Shown piece by piece: positions 12,878 to 26,452 of a DNA stretch of 64,000 nucleotides. Origin of the DNA: Paramecium tetraurelia (taxonomy: Eukaryota); the NCBI GenBank assembly GCA_000165425.1, contig CT867985.1, positions 868,001 through 932,000 on the forward strand. The letters run 5' to 3'. The notes beneath the pieces were generated by a model. It was not told where the DNA came from. It made no database searches and worked only from the letters and a program-made list of their open reading frames with translations. Position numbers and translations under genes: made by a program. Position 1 is the first letter of the stretch, and each line of letters begins with the position of its first letter.

Positions 12878-13886
12878 ATGGATGTTGAAATATATGAAGC
12901 AAATTTCAAAGATAAAGTAGTGTATAGAAAGGAGGATGGGAAGAAATTTATAAATGAATACGAGTTGATGGATGAACTAGGAGAAGGATCATTTGGAAAA
13001 GTGAGGAAAGTAACTCGGTACTATAAAGAAACAGAAGAATCAGAAGAACTTTGTAAAAGCGATTATGCTATGAAAATATTTCAGAAAACAGTATTAGCTC
13101 ATCAAAGGACTTGTTTTTATGATAGCAATTCTAATGATCCAAAAATGACTAATTTATTAGAGTTTGCTGATAATGAGATCAACATTCACAAATATCTCAA
13201 TCATCCAAATATCTGTAAATTGTACGAGGTAATAGACGATGAAGATGATCCATAGCAGAAGATGTATTTAATAATGTAATTGGGAGATTTGGGATGCATT
13301 ATGAACTTCTGTGAATTCTCATTTAAATATATTAGAAATCAGGCTATTCTTGATTACCTGAAAATGAACTACATGCAAGCAGCCAAACTAATATTCAAAT
13401 AGCTAGCTTAAGCAATATAGTATCTTCATGAACACAATATTGTTAATAGAGATGTCAAAATTGATAATATTATATGCACCACTTTATATCCATTGGAAGA
13501 GTGTTGTAAATTAATTGATTTCTCGACTTCAAGAATAGCTGAAAAAGATAGTATATTCTATGATTGTGCTGGAACTCCAGGATTTAGAGCCCCTGAAGTA
13601 TAATTTTGTTTAAATGACGGTTATTCTCCATTTAAACTTGATATATGGTCATTTGGAATCTGTTTATATATCTATACACATGAAAAAGTAATCATATTAC
13701 TCATATCTTTAGCTACCTTTTTGGGGTGAAGGTGACTTAGAAACAGATTTATTAGCAAGAGATTAACCATTATAATTCGAAATTTAGGATGATTTACTAA
13801 TCAATCTAATCAATAGTTGTTGTGCAAAAAAACCGTAGGATAGACCAACAATATAAGAAATTTTAGATCACGAATGGTTTAAATGA
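12878..13886 (+). CDS. Ser/Thr protein kinase, CAMKK-like, with atypical NRD/DFS motifs
   Basis: LGEGSFGKV, YAMK, HPNICKLYEVIDD, IVNRDVKIDN, LIDFS, GTPGFRAPE, DIWSFG; one intron near 13688-13712. Confidence 0.9.
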
Positions 13887-13901
13887 AAATTTATTTTTAT
13901 T

Positions 13902-14704
13902 ATGAATTTATAGTTAAATATATAGCAGGAAGTCGCTAGATTTGCAGATATCAATCATATCTATGAAACAGTACAAAAGAAGGGATATTTGAGTCAGATT
14001 TCTAAGGAATTTGAGGACATTTTTATGAATGAAATCAATTTTGCACAACAAAGTAAATGTCATATGAATTCGAAGGATTGAGGGAAGTGATTAGTGTAAT
14101 GGAAAAATAAGGATAAAAGATTGAATACAACTTGTAACTATCGAGAAATCTGCAAATATTTAAATCTAACTTTGATGTAATAGTTACAGCTACCATGAAT
14201 TAAATTTGGAATAGACTCTTAATTGAATTAAATGTTTTAGGTTTGGATCAACAGTCATAGATATTCAACATAGATACTTCTTAAACTGTTAAGAGAGTAA
14301 ATGATCAAACCAAATAATCTGTTTCCGATTTTAAAAAATTCGCATCCAATCAATCTATATGTAGTAGATCGCCTAGCAAAATGTCATCCAAGGTCATTCC
14401 ATTGAGTGAAATGTCATATTAGTCAAATGGCTCACCTACAACATTCCCAAAGGCGAGAAGACAATTAGACAATAGTCTGACTACAAGTTCTCCAGGAGTA
14501 GGGAAGTATAAACTAGATTAGAGTTTGAAATGTAATTAAAAATATTATTATTAATTAGTGATAAGAGAGTCTTCACCCAATGCAACAATAGGAAGAGCTC
14601 CTAAGATTAGTTGGATAGATGAAAAAATCAAAAATGAAGATTCTTAATCCCCTGGGCCTATTTATAATCCTGTAAAAACCTTTTGTTCTAAAAAAATTAA
14701 ATGA
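13902..14704 (+). CDS. Hypothetical protein with SHIPPO/STPG-like PG(P/V)xxY repeats
   Basis: C-terminal SPGVGKY and SPGPIY motifs with TFPKAR/TIGRAPK spacers, as in axonemal/cortical SHIPPO-repeat proteins. Confidence 0.6.
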
Positions 14705-14713
14705 TAATATAGA

Positions 14714-16548
14714 TCAACCCCAATATTCCGTTAATATTTATGAATTTTCCTCGAGTTCTTTTATTTTTTAATCAGTCAAATAGGGATCAATATTCTCAAA
14801 ATATTCAAACATATCAGCTATTTTGACTTGAATGTCTCTTCCCAATTCAGTAGATCCACAAATGTATAGTAATCCATCCATCTAGAAATGCTAATATAAT
14901 TCATCAATAGCAATTAATTCTGTGACATACTGTTTAGGTTCCTTTCTTGAAAAGGCTACTTTTAATTCACTTAGCGTTCCTGAATTTAGATAAGCTTAAA
15001 GTTCCTCCCTACATAAATACTCAGCTTCTGTTCGACATCCATAGTATAATTTCATTCCTCCTTAAAATGGGCACTTTTCAAATTGGTTTTTTTCTAAGTA
15101 ATAATCCCTCTCCTGAATAAGGGCTCTGAGGGGTGCCAATCCAGCTCCAATTCCAATTAGAAGTATAGGTGCTTTTGGGTTTTTAGGATACTTAAATTTA
15201 GATGGCTAGATTAATCCTTTAACAACATCTCCTTTTTTTAAAGATCTGAAAAATTAGCTTGAAAGTCCTAATCTTTCTTGATTCAATACAAATTGACTAG
15301 CCAATATGTGAATATTCTTTGGATGTTTCTTATTGCTTGATGCTATTGTAAAGTATCTTGGTTGAATTAAAGGGCATATGTCAATGATTTTCTCTAAGGT
15401 TAAGTTGTTGATTTGATATTCTTTTATTAAATTAAGTAAATTCTGCTTTTAATTTATGAATCTATTTTAATATTGATCTCTTCCTTCAAATGAGGCAAGA
15501 TGAAGGAGTTCATCTTCTAGTTGTTTTTGATTAACCAAATTTGAAAGTTCAATTAATATTTTCTTTGTAACTAAGCCAGAAAAATCACAAAATCTCTTAT
15601 ATACTTTTTAGTTACTTTTTTAAATATGTATAAACGGAAATTGGATTAGGGAATGGCTATTTCGAGTTGGTGATTACTTTAAATCTCACATTTTTATCGA
15701 GTTTAAGTAAAGAGCACAGCTCATCTACATCAGAACTAATGTGTTATAAATATAATACTCAGAATTCTGAGGATAGATAGCTATATTGTAAGCAGTTTTG
15801 TACTCAATGTTTTGATTGAAGAGATCTAACAATAATGTAGAATTGCCTCTAGCAGGTAAGGCTTTTAATTCTTTGATTTCACTTATAGAGAATGCCATAC
15901 TGTTAATATATTTTAGAGCCATGAAATCAAGATTGACACTCTAAAAATCTTCTGGTTCCTTAGTTATTTAAATTTTGATAGTTGAAAAATCCTATTAACC
16001 TTAATCACATGTGTACAAAGGGAATTATGTTTGCAAAGTCTATTGCACCTCAGTATGAATCCATTATTAATAGTCGTTTTCGGTTTAATCCTTTGCAGCA
16101 TCCCCTTTACCCAAATTACATAATCTTTTCGCACCTAAATATTCCAATCTTTTATCCAGTCTTATTCCAAATTCACAAAAGTGTTCATGATTAGTACTCC
16201 CCAATGCAAAGATTAAATAAATCATCCCTTAAAATTCGTTTTTACTTCTTTCTTCGCAAAATAACCATTGGTCAAAGTTTTCAGTATCAGGTGTACATGA
16301 TCCCATTCCATATGTGGATACAAAAAAAACATTTAATTTCGAAGATATCATTTCTTTGGGATTGTATTCGCTAAGATTGATAACTAAGTCCTAGTCAATT
16401 TTATACTTTTAGGAATAAATTTAAGATTTCTGACTTCACTGGCAAATTAAAAGGCTAATCTGCTCGAATTCCCAGTTGTTGTGCCATAATAAATATAGAT
16501 TAGACCCCTTGTTTCTAATTAACTTCCAGATGACGAACCACATCCCAT
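14714..16548 (-). CDS. NADPH-cytochrome P450 reductase-like diflavin oxidoreductase
   Basis: Flavodoxin motifs YGTTTGNS, FVSTYGMG, GLGS; FAD motifs QPRYFTIASS, GLSS; NADP motifs IGIGAGLAPLRA, YYGCR, AFSR, YICG; C-terminal EYWG*. Confidence 0.9.
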
Positions 16549-16635
16549 ATGTGTATATAACTAATTCAAATGTCAATTATATTTTTATATATTTTTATTA
16601 TGAGCACTATATAAATATAATTTTAACGTAATTTA

Positions 16636-17367
16636 ATGAAAACTCTTGTTCTTTAATACCCCAAACAAAAAACCATGTATAACCCAAGCAAACCTGCTGT
16701 TAAAATCGAGGCCAACAATCAATTCTTATAGTCTCATGATCTCAAAGTCTTCAATCAGAAAACTTTAAATGTTGTCGATCGATTGTATTAATAAGAAGAA
16801 AAGAAGAGAAACAAAATCCAAAAACTAAAACAAGAGAAGGAAAGATCTCTGACGCCAACCAAAGTCTGCTTTGTTAGCAAAAAGTCCCAATAGATTCTCG
16901 AGAATAAGAATCTCAAACCATTCTTGGAAAGACAAAATGAATTAGTTCAAGAGAAGAAGATGAGAGTTGAATTGCAGAAGATTCTGGCTACTCAAGAATA
17001 GGAGGAGGTGGAATCCTATAAGATATTACCATCGAGATCGCATTCTCAATTCATCAAGGATTCTGAGGATTGGGTCTAGTACAAGGAGTTTAAGAAATAA
17101 CAATTAGCAGATGAGATCTAGAACCAAAATGAGCAATCATTCAGACCCTTAATCAATCCCAAATCTGCAGAGTTAGCCGAAAGGAAAATGAAAAAGAGCG
17201 GACTCTATTTGATTGATTAAGCTGATAGATTGGCTATGCCCATACGGCAAAGTTTTAGTTTCTAAAAAGAAAATTATAGCTTTTCACCTTGTATCAATGC
17301 AAAATCCAGATAGTTAGCCAATAAGTACAAGTTTTAAAGGAGTTAGTCACCTTGGAATTAGTATTGA
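16636..17367 (+). CDS. Hypothetical basic coiled-coil protein with F-x-P-x-I-N-x-x-S repeats
   Basis: Intronless 243-aa ORF; VVDRLY, SFRPLINPKS and SFSPCINAKS motifs. Confidence 0.75.
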
Positions 17368-17479
17368 ATATTAATGCTTTGAATTTCTATTATATTTTTA
17401 TAATTAATTCAAAATAAAAGATGGTTTTTTCTAAGTCTAATTTTGTTCAATAAAAGATGGATAATTTATAATAGTAATC

Positions 17480-20400
17480 ATGAACGATAAAATTTATGAA
17501 AATTCAAGAGACTCATTAGAATCATTGTTTGAAAAATATGATAATAATAAGAATGAATTCAAAGGAATTGATTTGAAGATTAACGATGATCAAGACTCCT
17601 ATGCATCAGATTCATCCATCCAAAAATCAAGGGGTACTCCTGAATAAACTGACAATTCATGTATTTCTATACAAGAGATAACCACTTATAGAAAAGAGAA
17701 AAAACTAACCTTTCAACCAGAGCTTATTCAATTAAAATAATCTAATCTCTATGAAGTAAATCATAAAATAAAGGACTAATAAAAAACTAAGTCCAAATCA
17801 TTAGAAGAGATCAATCGACAACTCAAACTACAAAAGGAGAATCCTCCTAAATTAAATTTAGGTAAAACTTTAGATAAGAAAAAATAATAACTTTTATAGC
17901 CTCAACAAAAACAGATTATGAATCCTAAATTATTGTAGATTAACAGCTACACAATAAGTTCCTCAAAACCAAAAATTGATAGGATTCGCTAATTGTCACT
18001 CAATCCATCTAAAAGTGTTGTGAAATCAGAAACTCATAAAGAAGCAAAAAAGTCATAACATATTGAAAAGGTCAAATAGCTATGTCCTATTTTGAAGAAA
18101 ACCAATTCCCAAATTACCGAGGACAAAAAGTCATTTCAAGGTATGTTTTAAGAAAAATGCGGGATTTTTACAGAAACAGGTAAACCAATATTTGAGTTCA
18201 ATTCCTTAATTAAATATTTATTTCTAAAAGACTACAGTAAGGATTCTGAGAATGAAACATACAATAAGATACCTAAGAAATTTAAATCAGATGTAGAGTA
18301 TTGTAAAATATTCGAATACTTATTTTTAAATGAAGCATTCCAATAAATTAAATAAGAATTACAAAGAATTAATAAATCAAAATTTAGAAGAATTCAAATC
18401 AAATAGGATGATGTCGAGATTGATAAGGATGGATTGATCTTTTAAATGAGATAGTATTAATAAAATCCGAAAGAGAAGAATAAAGATAGAAATAACGAAG
18501 CTGAAAAAAAGTAGTAGGATGACAGTGATGGAAGTGTCCACAAGGAAGAAGGCGTATGTGATTTGACTGCCTTAAAGAATTACATAGTAATTATAAGCAA
18601 TAAGTATTCATTTAATCCAGCAAAAATAAACAAGTAAGTAATTTCAACTAAATTTTAGGATGAAAGAGAAAAGACAATTATTTTTTGGAATGCTAATAGA
18701 ACCTTAGACACATCAATATGTCAATCAGATCAAAATTTAAACATTTGTACCTCGAGATCCATTATATTTAAATTGGGTTTCAGTATATCTGTTTCCCTTT
18801 GTAAAAATTACAACGCAAATTAGGTAAATATGTTGTCTTTATTTTAGAGAGTATTTGATGATAAACAAAATAACATAGACTCCTCTATATCCTTTAATTT
18901 TGGATCCAAAATCATAATAGCATTTGATAGGAGCTGATAAAGATAAGATATGGAATATAAATTCTTCGAATATCATTCCAAATGGAAAGGTAATGGACCC
19001 TTTTTTTAATTATATAAACTAAAATTATAACTTTTCATAGGCCACAGCAATTTAATAAATAATCCTGTAAGATAGGGGTATTAGTCTATTATAGGGACCA
19101 CCTGGTACTGGAAAAACACATACTTTAATCGGTCTGTTATCAGGGGTCTATGAATATATGAAAATAATGAATAAATTTCCAAAGAAGAAGATTTTGATTT
19201 GCGCTCCTTCGAATGCAGCTATAGATGAAATCATATTTCGAATATTGCAAGGAGGGTTATTTGATTGTGAAGGAAGATCAAGAACAGTGAAACTAGTTAG
19301 ATTAGGTGTTTTAGACGAAGAAAATGATAAAAGCGTTATAATTAAATAGGTTTCGTTGGAGGATGTAGCTTAATATCAATTATTCAATAAAAGTTCATTT
19401 AAAGCTAATTCAGATCAAAAGACAACTGGAGAATTGCGAATTGAATTGAGCAAAACAACATAGGCTATAAAAAAAATAAAAGAAATGGAGAAATATGATG
19501 AGTAACAAAAGAAATAGTTAAATGAATTATGGAATAAAAGAAATCAATTAATGCAATATTTAGAATAAGTAAGAACTAATAAACGAAACTAAAAAGAAAA
19601 TTATGTTCTATTTTGTGAGAAGATCATAAGTGAAGCTGAAATCCTTTGCTCGACTTTAAGTACAGCAGGAACTGATAAATTAAGTAAATTTATTGATTCA
19701 TTTGAATTATTAATTGTGGATGAAGCAGCATAATGCACAGAGCCTTCTAATAATATTCCATTAAGATTAGGAATGAGGAAGATGATATTGATAGGCGATC
19801 CAAAACAATTACCAGCTACAACCTTCTCATCAGTTTCATAAATAACTCATTATAATAGAAGCCTATTCGAAAGAATCTTGGACAATGACTTCAAACCCTT
19901 CTTTTTAGACATGCAATATAGGATGCATCCTCAAATTCGTGAATTTCCATCATTAAACTTCTATGATAACAAACTAATTGACCATTTTTCGGTTTATGAA
20001 AGATTGATACCTAACAATTTCTTTAATTAAAGAGTGTTATTCATTGATGTCGAGAGTGAGGAAACGAAAGATGAGAAATCATTTCAAAATTAAACTGAAT
20101 GCAATATGATTGTAGAAGTTCTGAAAAACATTAAAAATGCATATCCTTCATAAAGTTTAGGAGTTATTTGTGCATATAAAGCCTAAGTTAGATTGATTAA
20201 ATTAGAAATTAAGAGATAATTAGGGGATTTAATGGATGAAATTTAAATAAATACAGTTGACTCATTCTAAGGTTAGGAAAGGGATGTTATTTTATTTTCT
20301 TGTGTTCGATCTTCTTCGTCTGGAAATATTGGATTTCTTTAAGATGGAAGAAGAGTTAATGTTGCCTTGACAAGAGCAAAAAATGCTCTGTTTATCTTTG

Positions 20401-20928
20401 GAAATGCAATCACAGTAATAAATATCATAATTATATTAGTTGGGACAATGCTAATTGTGGAAGAACCTCCTTTTAAATTTGCACAGTAGGAAGCTTTACA
20501 GATATGTTGGCAAAAATGATTATTTTTCATTTAAAGTTTTAGCAGAAGATATTTGGTTTGACAGGTAAAGAAAAATGAATGAATAACTATTAAATCTTTT
20601 GAAAGATAAAGAACTTATACTTTAAGAAGAATTAAAAACCATTGAATAAAATAAGGATACAGAATATTTCAAAGATAAAAAAGAATAATAGGTCACTAAA
20701 ACTGAAAGAAACTTAATCCCATCACCTGCATTCATCTAACTTCCTAATCATACTCATAATAATTATAATAATTCTGGTAAATATAAACAGCATTAAAAAT
20801 AACCTAGTCAATAATAAAAACATCATTCTAATAAAGAAAAGAACTAAACGAAAAATAAGAATAAATTCTAAAAATTAATAGAGAAGAATGAGAAAATACA
20901 TCATCATTCTTATAAAAAGAATGGCTGA
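17480..20928 (+). CDS. Sen1/senataxin-like SF1B RNA/DNA helicase
   Basis: QGPPGTGKT, CAPSNAAIDE, DEAAQ, IGDPKQLPAT, SLFER, QYRMHPQI, TVDSFQG, RRVNVALTRAK; no Upf1 CH domain seen. Confidence 0.9.
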
Positions 20929-21449
20929 ATTTTGTGAGATAAATGTATATCATTTCTATTTGATTTATAAATATATTATTAGAAACTTATGTATTTATTA
21001 TATTCTTTTTATTATGCATATACTTTTAATCATGTTCTTGTTAGGTTTCTAAAATATAAATTAGTTTAAAAATGTATTTGTTTACGTGACATACTATTTA
21101 AATATTCACTGAATAGAAATATGATATCATAAAATTAAGAAGTAATCCTTTCACATAAAGGATAATAAGAGCAAAATTTCCTCAAATTGAGAAGAAGAAT
21201 GCAAGATAAAGAAATATATGTTTCTATTTTTTAGAAGCAATAAAAATGCATAGAAATCTCCTAAAAATGTTCTTTTTAATATGTTTTTTTAATTACATAG
21301 TGTTCTCTTCCAGAAAATTAACCTTCTTTAAACTAGATAATAATACTAGATATTAAATTATTAATCAAAAATAATATTATTTTATTTTCTTAATAATCTT
21401 TCAATTAATGTATAAATAATAAAATTAAATGTCTATTTTAAATGATCAA

Positions 21450-22025
21450 ATTATGATGATTATCATTATCCTGATTTAGAATGACTTAAATTAGAAATAA
21501 TTCCACCTTTCAATCTATTATTATTTTATTTGCAACCATTATTAAAATTAAAGATTGTCAAACTAAAAATAGATCTTATTTATCTTGAAAAAAGCCTATA
21601 GAATGTGCTTAAGAGACACTTTAGTCTATCAAATAAGAAATTATTTATTAAATGTTTGATGATTTCAAATGAATAACCTCATTCTCCGTGCAACCCAATG
21701 TATTTTTCAAAAATGCATTCAAAACCATCCAAGTCAGATTTTTCTTTTCTAAGCATTCATATCCCTATGATAATGAAATAAATATACACATGAATAATGC
21801 AATGGATCTCTTTCTTGTACTTTCAGACATTTTTTCAGTTAATTCAAACAACCTGTTGAGTTATCACAAGTATCGAAATTTCCCTTGCATACTCATTACA
21901 GACTTTATAAGACAGCATCTGGCTAATGGTGTCTTTTAGATAAAGCTACCAATATCATTGCTAAGAAAACTAAGTATTTCATGATGAAGAAATTTAAGAT
22001 ACTTATAATATTGTGCTTATTCCAT
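21450..22025. other. Unresolved coding-like segment (short gene or pseudogene remnant)
   Basis: Composition less AT-rich than the flanks and partial frames on both strands, but each simple model hits an in-frame TGA. Confidence 0.25.
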
Positions 22026-22373
22026 TACAAGTAAAAATATATCAAATTTAAAATGATCTATTAATTTATAAAGAATAATTCTAAAAAGGAATGAAGCCAC
22101 TTTTATTTATGAGATATTTTGCATAAGGATTTTGAAAAATAATTTTATTTTTTATGATAATATTTTATTTAATACTAAATTTATTGATCTTAATAATTCA
22201 GAGAGGATATTAATCGTAGACTTTTAATCAATCGTTTATTCTTTATAATTGATATAGTGGTAACAAAATTGTAATGATAAGTATTATTTATTATATTGAG
22301 ATCAAATTAATTTGACTTGAATATTTAAATTCTTTCAGAATAATGAAATAATGATAAATTATTCAAAATAACA

Positions 22374-23409
22374 TCAACCAGAAAAGAGAGTTTAACTTCT
22401 CTATTCGAGGGTCTTAATAAATTATTTTTATTATTATTAAGTAGTTTGCGTCTTTCTATGTTTTGGAACATATTCTAGAACAACAACACTTTCTTCACTT
22501 AAACTACCTTCCTCTCCTTCAGCCTAACCTTATAAGGTTACTTGCATGTCATTAAAGAGTGCTCCATGAATGGATTCATAATCAGATAAGAAAGATGAGA
22601 CTGGAATTACTTTAGGTTTATGAGCCATTTGTTTCAGAAAGGGAATCAATCTCAATAGACATTCGTCTTCATCAGAATCTAGAAATGAGGGAATTAATAA
22701 TCCATTCTCTGGTTGCATCTCAAAAGCATTAGCATTATTCTAATAGATTAAGATCAAATACACTTACATCGATGAATATTAATTAATCCAAGGGTCTGTC
22801 TAAAATTGATAAGTCTTTTAAGCAAATTCCATTTACAAATCTGCAATTCGATCTTGCAAAGTAATCAGAAATATGCCTATCAATATCTATATGTTATAAG
22901 ACTTTATCACAATAAGACTCGTAACCAGCAGTAAATACTATAATTTCATAATAAGCACTCAATTATTGGAGAAATTCTCTAAGATAAGGCCTTTTGCAGA
23001 GATAAACAGTATAGAGAACCCCCCTATGCCAAACATCTAAAATAGTTTCGTAATGAAAATTTGGATTTTCTTTGAATTCGCAATGCACCAAGGTTTCATC
23101 CAAATCTAAAACCAGGGTTTTTTTTCTTCGGACTTGACTATTCTGAGTAGAGAGTTGATAAGAAGAATCCTACCCATCTAACTTTTACCTGAAGTTTTTA
23201 AAGCATCTTTTAATGTATTGTAAACAATTCATTTTAATTACATAATTTATAAATAGAATGGTCCTTATTATAATAATAAAAGCAGAATTAAAAATTAATT
23301 CGCTTTAATTTGTTACAGTATTTGTTTAATTTAAACCTGTTTTGGAGTTTTGGAATGAGCAACTAATTTAAAGGAAATTTCGATCAAACTGGAAAAATGG
23401 ACTCTCCAT
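22374..23409 (-). CDS. SCP/NIF-family CTD phosphatase (FCP1-homology HAD)
   Basis: KKTLVLDLDETLVHC (DxDxT), KRPYLREFL, YEIIVFTAG, KDLSILDRPL, IFIDN, QPENG. Confidence 0.92.
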
Positions 23410-23586
23410 TTTATTATATATGTGAATAAGACTCAAATTCAACAATTTTAAATTATTATGTAATAATATTAAACATAATGCTGTTAATTTCATAAATTGG
23501 GAAATGATACAAAACTTCAGAAAATCTTAATTGGCGTGATTTAGAGTATCCTGATATAACACATTCTATAAGTATTTTATTATATT

Positions 23587-24724
23587 TCAGATAAGATAAT
23601 TGGTATTAAGGTCCTTCTCTTTTTTTGATAACTCCAATTCAGTATAGATTTTAGTTCTATATTATTTAGGTTTTTTTGGATCTTGTGGTTGTTTGATTTC
23701 AGGATATAATTCTAGTTCTTTTTCTAACCTTTAAGAATTTTCTAATTATTGTTTAGTTGTGATCAATCTGTTTTGATTCATTTGCAAATTCGATTAAAAA
23801 ATAAATGATTAATAGATTTCGCTGACCTTGCGATTGTTTTAATCGCATAAAATAGCACTTGAATTGAATTCTGTATTGAGGGATCTCAAGTGTGTTGCCT
23901 ATATTGTATCCCCTTTGAGGGAGAGATCCAAGGTTTAATATAAGGACTTGGATAGAGATCGATTTTGTTTTTCATCGGGAGTATCATTTTCAATAGTCAA
24001 TCTTCCTCTATCAGTTCCAAGAGTTATCTTAAGATTCTCTGTTTGGTTGCTTTGTTCATTTTGCAATTTCTATTAATCTATATTTATAATAAATTTGTTA
24101 ATTAAATTAATGGGAGGGGAATTGATCTGTCTATGATTAATGTACTTGCATACAAATCTCTACTGGTTTTGGCTAGTTTGTGATTTGTTTCGGTTAATAT
24201 TAGAACTGCCCTTCCTGAAAACGAAGGTTTGGATGGTGCTTTTCTGATAATTTTGTATAACATCTTGCATGTTACCACTCAGATGATAGGGATTATCCTA
24301 GAAAAGAATTTCGCTATTTTTGACTTTGAGGCGTTTTCCATTCATAATGGATGCTGATTGAGGTTTGGATATTGAGGTTTGAGGTTTGACTTTGGTTCTT
24401 TCAACTGAAATGGTGGATTATTGCTACAACGTTGTCATTCTACTTTCAGTTAGTTTTCCGCAATTCAACTTTTAATTTGGGAATTGGCAGTATCCATAGA
24501 ATTTATTTTGATGAGGAGTGTAAATCAAATTGTCTCTGCATGATTTACTAGTCTTTCTTTCAGATCCCCTCTACATTTCAGCAAAATTTAGTTTATAAGT
24601 CGAGGTTTCATTTCCAGTCGGTATCTACTCAGTTGAACAATTAATTGAATCATTTACTTTTGATAGTCCATGATCCAAATTATGACTATAATAATAAATA
24701 AATATACATATTTTATTTATTCAT
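23587..24724 (-). CDS. Hypothetical basic, low-complexity protein
   Basis: ATG 24724, 22-nt intron 24686-24707, frame consistent to TGA at 23587-23589. Confidence 0.6.
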
Positions 24725-24883
24725 TTTATTATTATTAATTTGTGATTTCGTTAATGATTATTTGATTATTAAACTTGATACTCTAATCTTTCACAATACT
24801 AAGTAGATTTAGAATTATTAATTAAATATATTAATTAAGCAGGCTAACTATATTTTTTATTTCAATTAAAGAAATATAGAATA

Positions 24884-26001
24884 ATGAAAAGATTAACTTT
24901 TTAAACCATAGAGTCCGAAGGGCAATAAGACGACTTTGGGACATCTCCTAGCAAAATAGAAAATTGGAACAGCTAATTAATAAAAAAATCAAGGGTGAGA
25001 ACTGAAATATCCATCTAAAATACATGTGTTGTAAAAAAACAGAATTCCATTGGAGACTTTGAGGATGAGATGAACGCTTAATTATAACGCTTAAAAGATG
25101 AAATTATTTTGATTAAGTCGAAATTGTCCAAATAAAAATCAGCTATGGAGAACCTATCACATAAATTACAAAAAAAGGAGGATGAAGTACTAATACATTT
25201 CAATTTAGATAGAATTATTGGAAGAAAAGTCAACTAATTTGGCCAGAGAAATGAGCTAGATATTGAGCTATCTCACCAATTCCCAAGAAAATGTTATCCA
25301 ATCTTAAAAAATACAAAAGCGATATAGAAACGAGGGAGTACAGAAAAACTCACTATAAACCTTTGTTGATTAGTATATGAAGGAATATAATGAATAATAC
25401 ACTGAATTGTGGAAACATATCAATCAAAAGAAAAGAGAACGTTATCTACTCAAGATAGAAAATCAAATCAATATCTAAAAGAAGGTAAATTTAGAAAAAG
25501 ATCTTTAAAAATTTCTGATGTAAGAAAAATAGAAGAAAGAAAGTCTATTAGAATACCTCTACAATTAATGCAACATTTCGAATTATGGAGGGGCAGCAAT
25601 AATGTAAACTTATTAATTTAATTAGAGATATTATTCGAAAAATAAAATAATTAAACCAAGACTTTGATCCTTCAAAACTGCCCAAGGAACTCGACGGATT
25701 TGAAAGGCAATATCTCCTGAACAAAGTCAATTTTGAAAGAGCTCGGAAACCAACTATTACTTTGGATGAGAGCTACTCATAAAAACTGAAGATCAAAAAT
25801 ACTCAGAGTCCGATTAAACTGGATTATTTAAAAAAAGTGATTGGATATGATGCTTACTCATTTATTCCAATTTTGAATGACAATCCCTTCAAAGAAATCA
25901 ACAAGACTATTAAGAGGAAAAGACCATAAAGAGTGAAGTCATTGGAGTATTGTCATTATGCCAAAAAAGACTATTCTATGGATTCTGTCTAATTCAAATG
26001 A
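24884..26001 (+). CDS. Hypothetical coiled-coil protein
   Basis: MKRLTFQTIESEG...; heptad-rich; intron near 25187-25208; TGA at 25999-26001. Confidence 0.7.
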
Positions 26002-26048
26002 ATTTCTATTGATTAAATAATAAATAAATAAATAATTAACGAATTTAG

Positions 26049-26452
26049 ATGCACCAGCAACACACAGCCACATAGCAACATGAAGAATATATGATTTAGA
26101 AACTGTAATAAATGGAGAAACACATATATCAATTGGAATCTTAACTTGGTGTTGCCAACCAAGAGATTTCTAATCTTAAATAATAGAAGACGCAATTATA
26201 ACACTAGTTAAATGATATACAAATTAATTCGGTAGGACAAGAGTTTGCCGAAGCCATCGTAATTATTTCACCTAAATTAAGAGTAAATCCTCAGTTGAGC
26301 GAGTATTGTAAAGAAAGGAAAAAGGAGTGAATAAAGTAAAGAAGCAGCCTGGAACATTGAAGTTGGATCTCCTTAATTAGATATTTACAGAATATCCAAA
26401 CTTAGTTAGACCTATAATCCATATAAAGTTAACAGATGAGGACTTTAATTGA
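26049..26452 (+). CDS. Small hypothetical coiled-coil protein
   Basis: MHQQHTATQQHEEYMIQKLQQMEKHIYQLESQL...; one 23-nt intron; TGA at 26450-26452. Confidence 0.65.

Noticed and set aside
21443..21475. ATGATGA...CTGA box C/D-like pair
   Set aside because: Boxes only 11 nt apart, too short for a C/D snoRNA.
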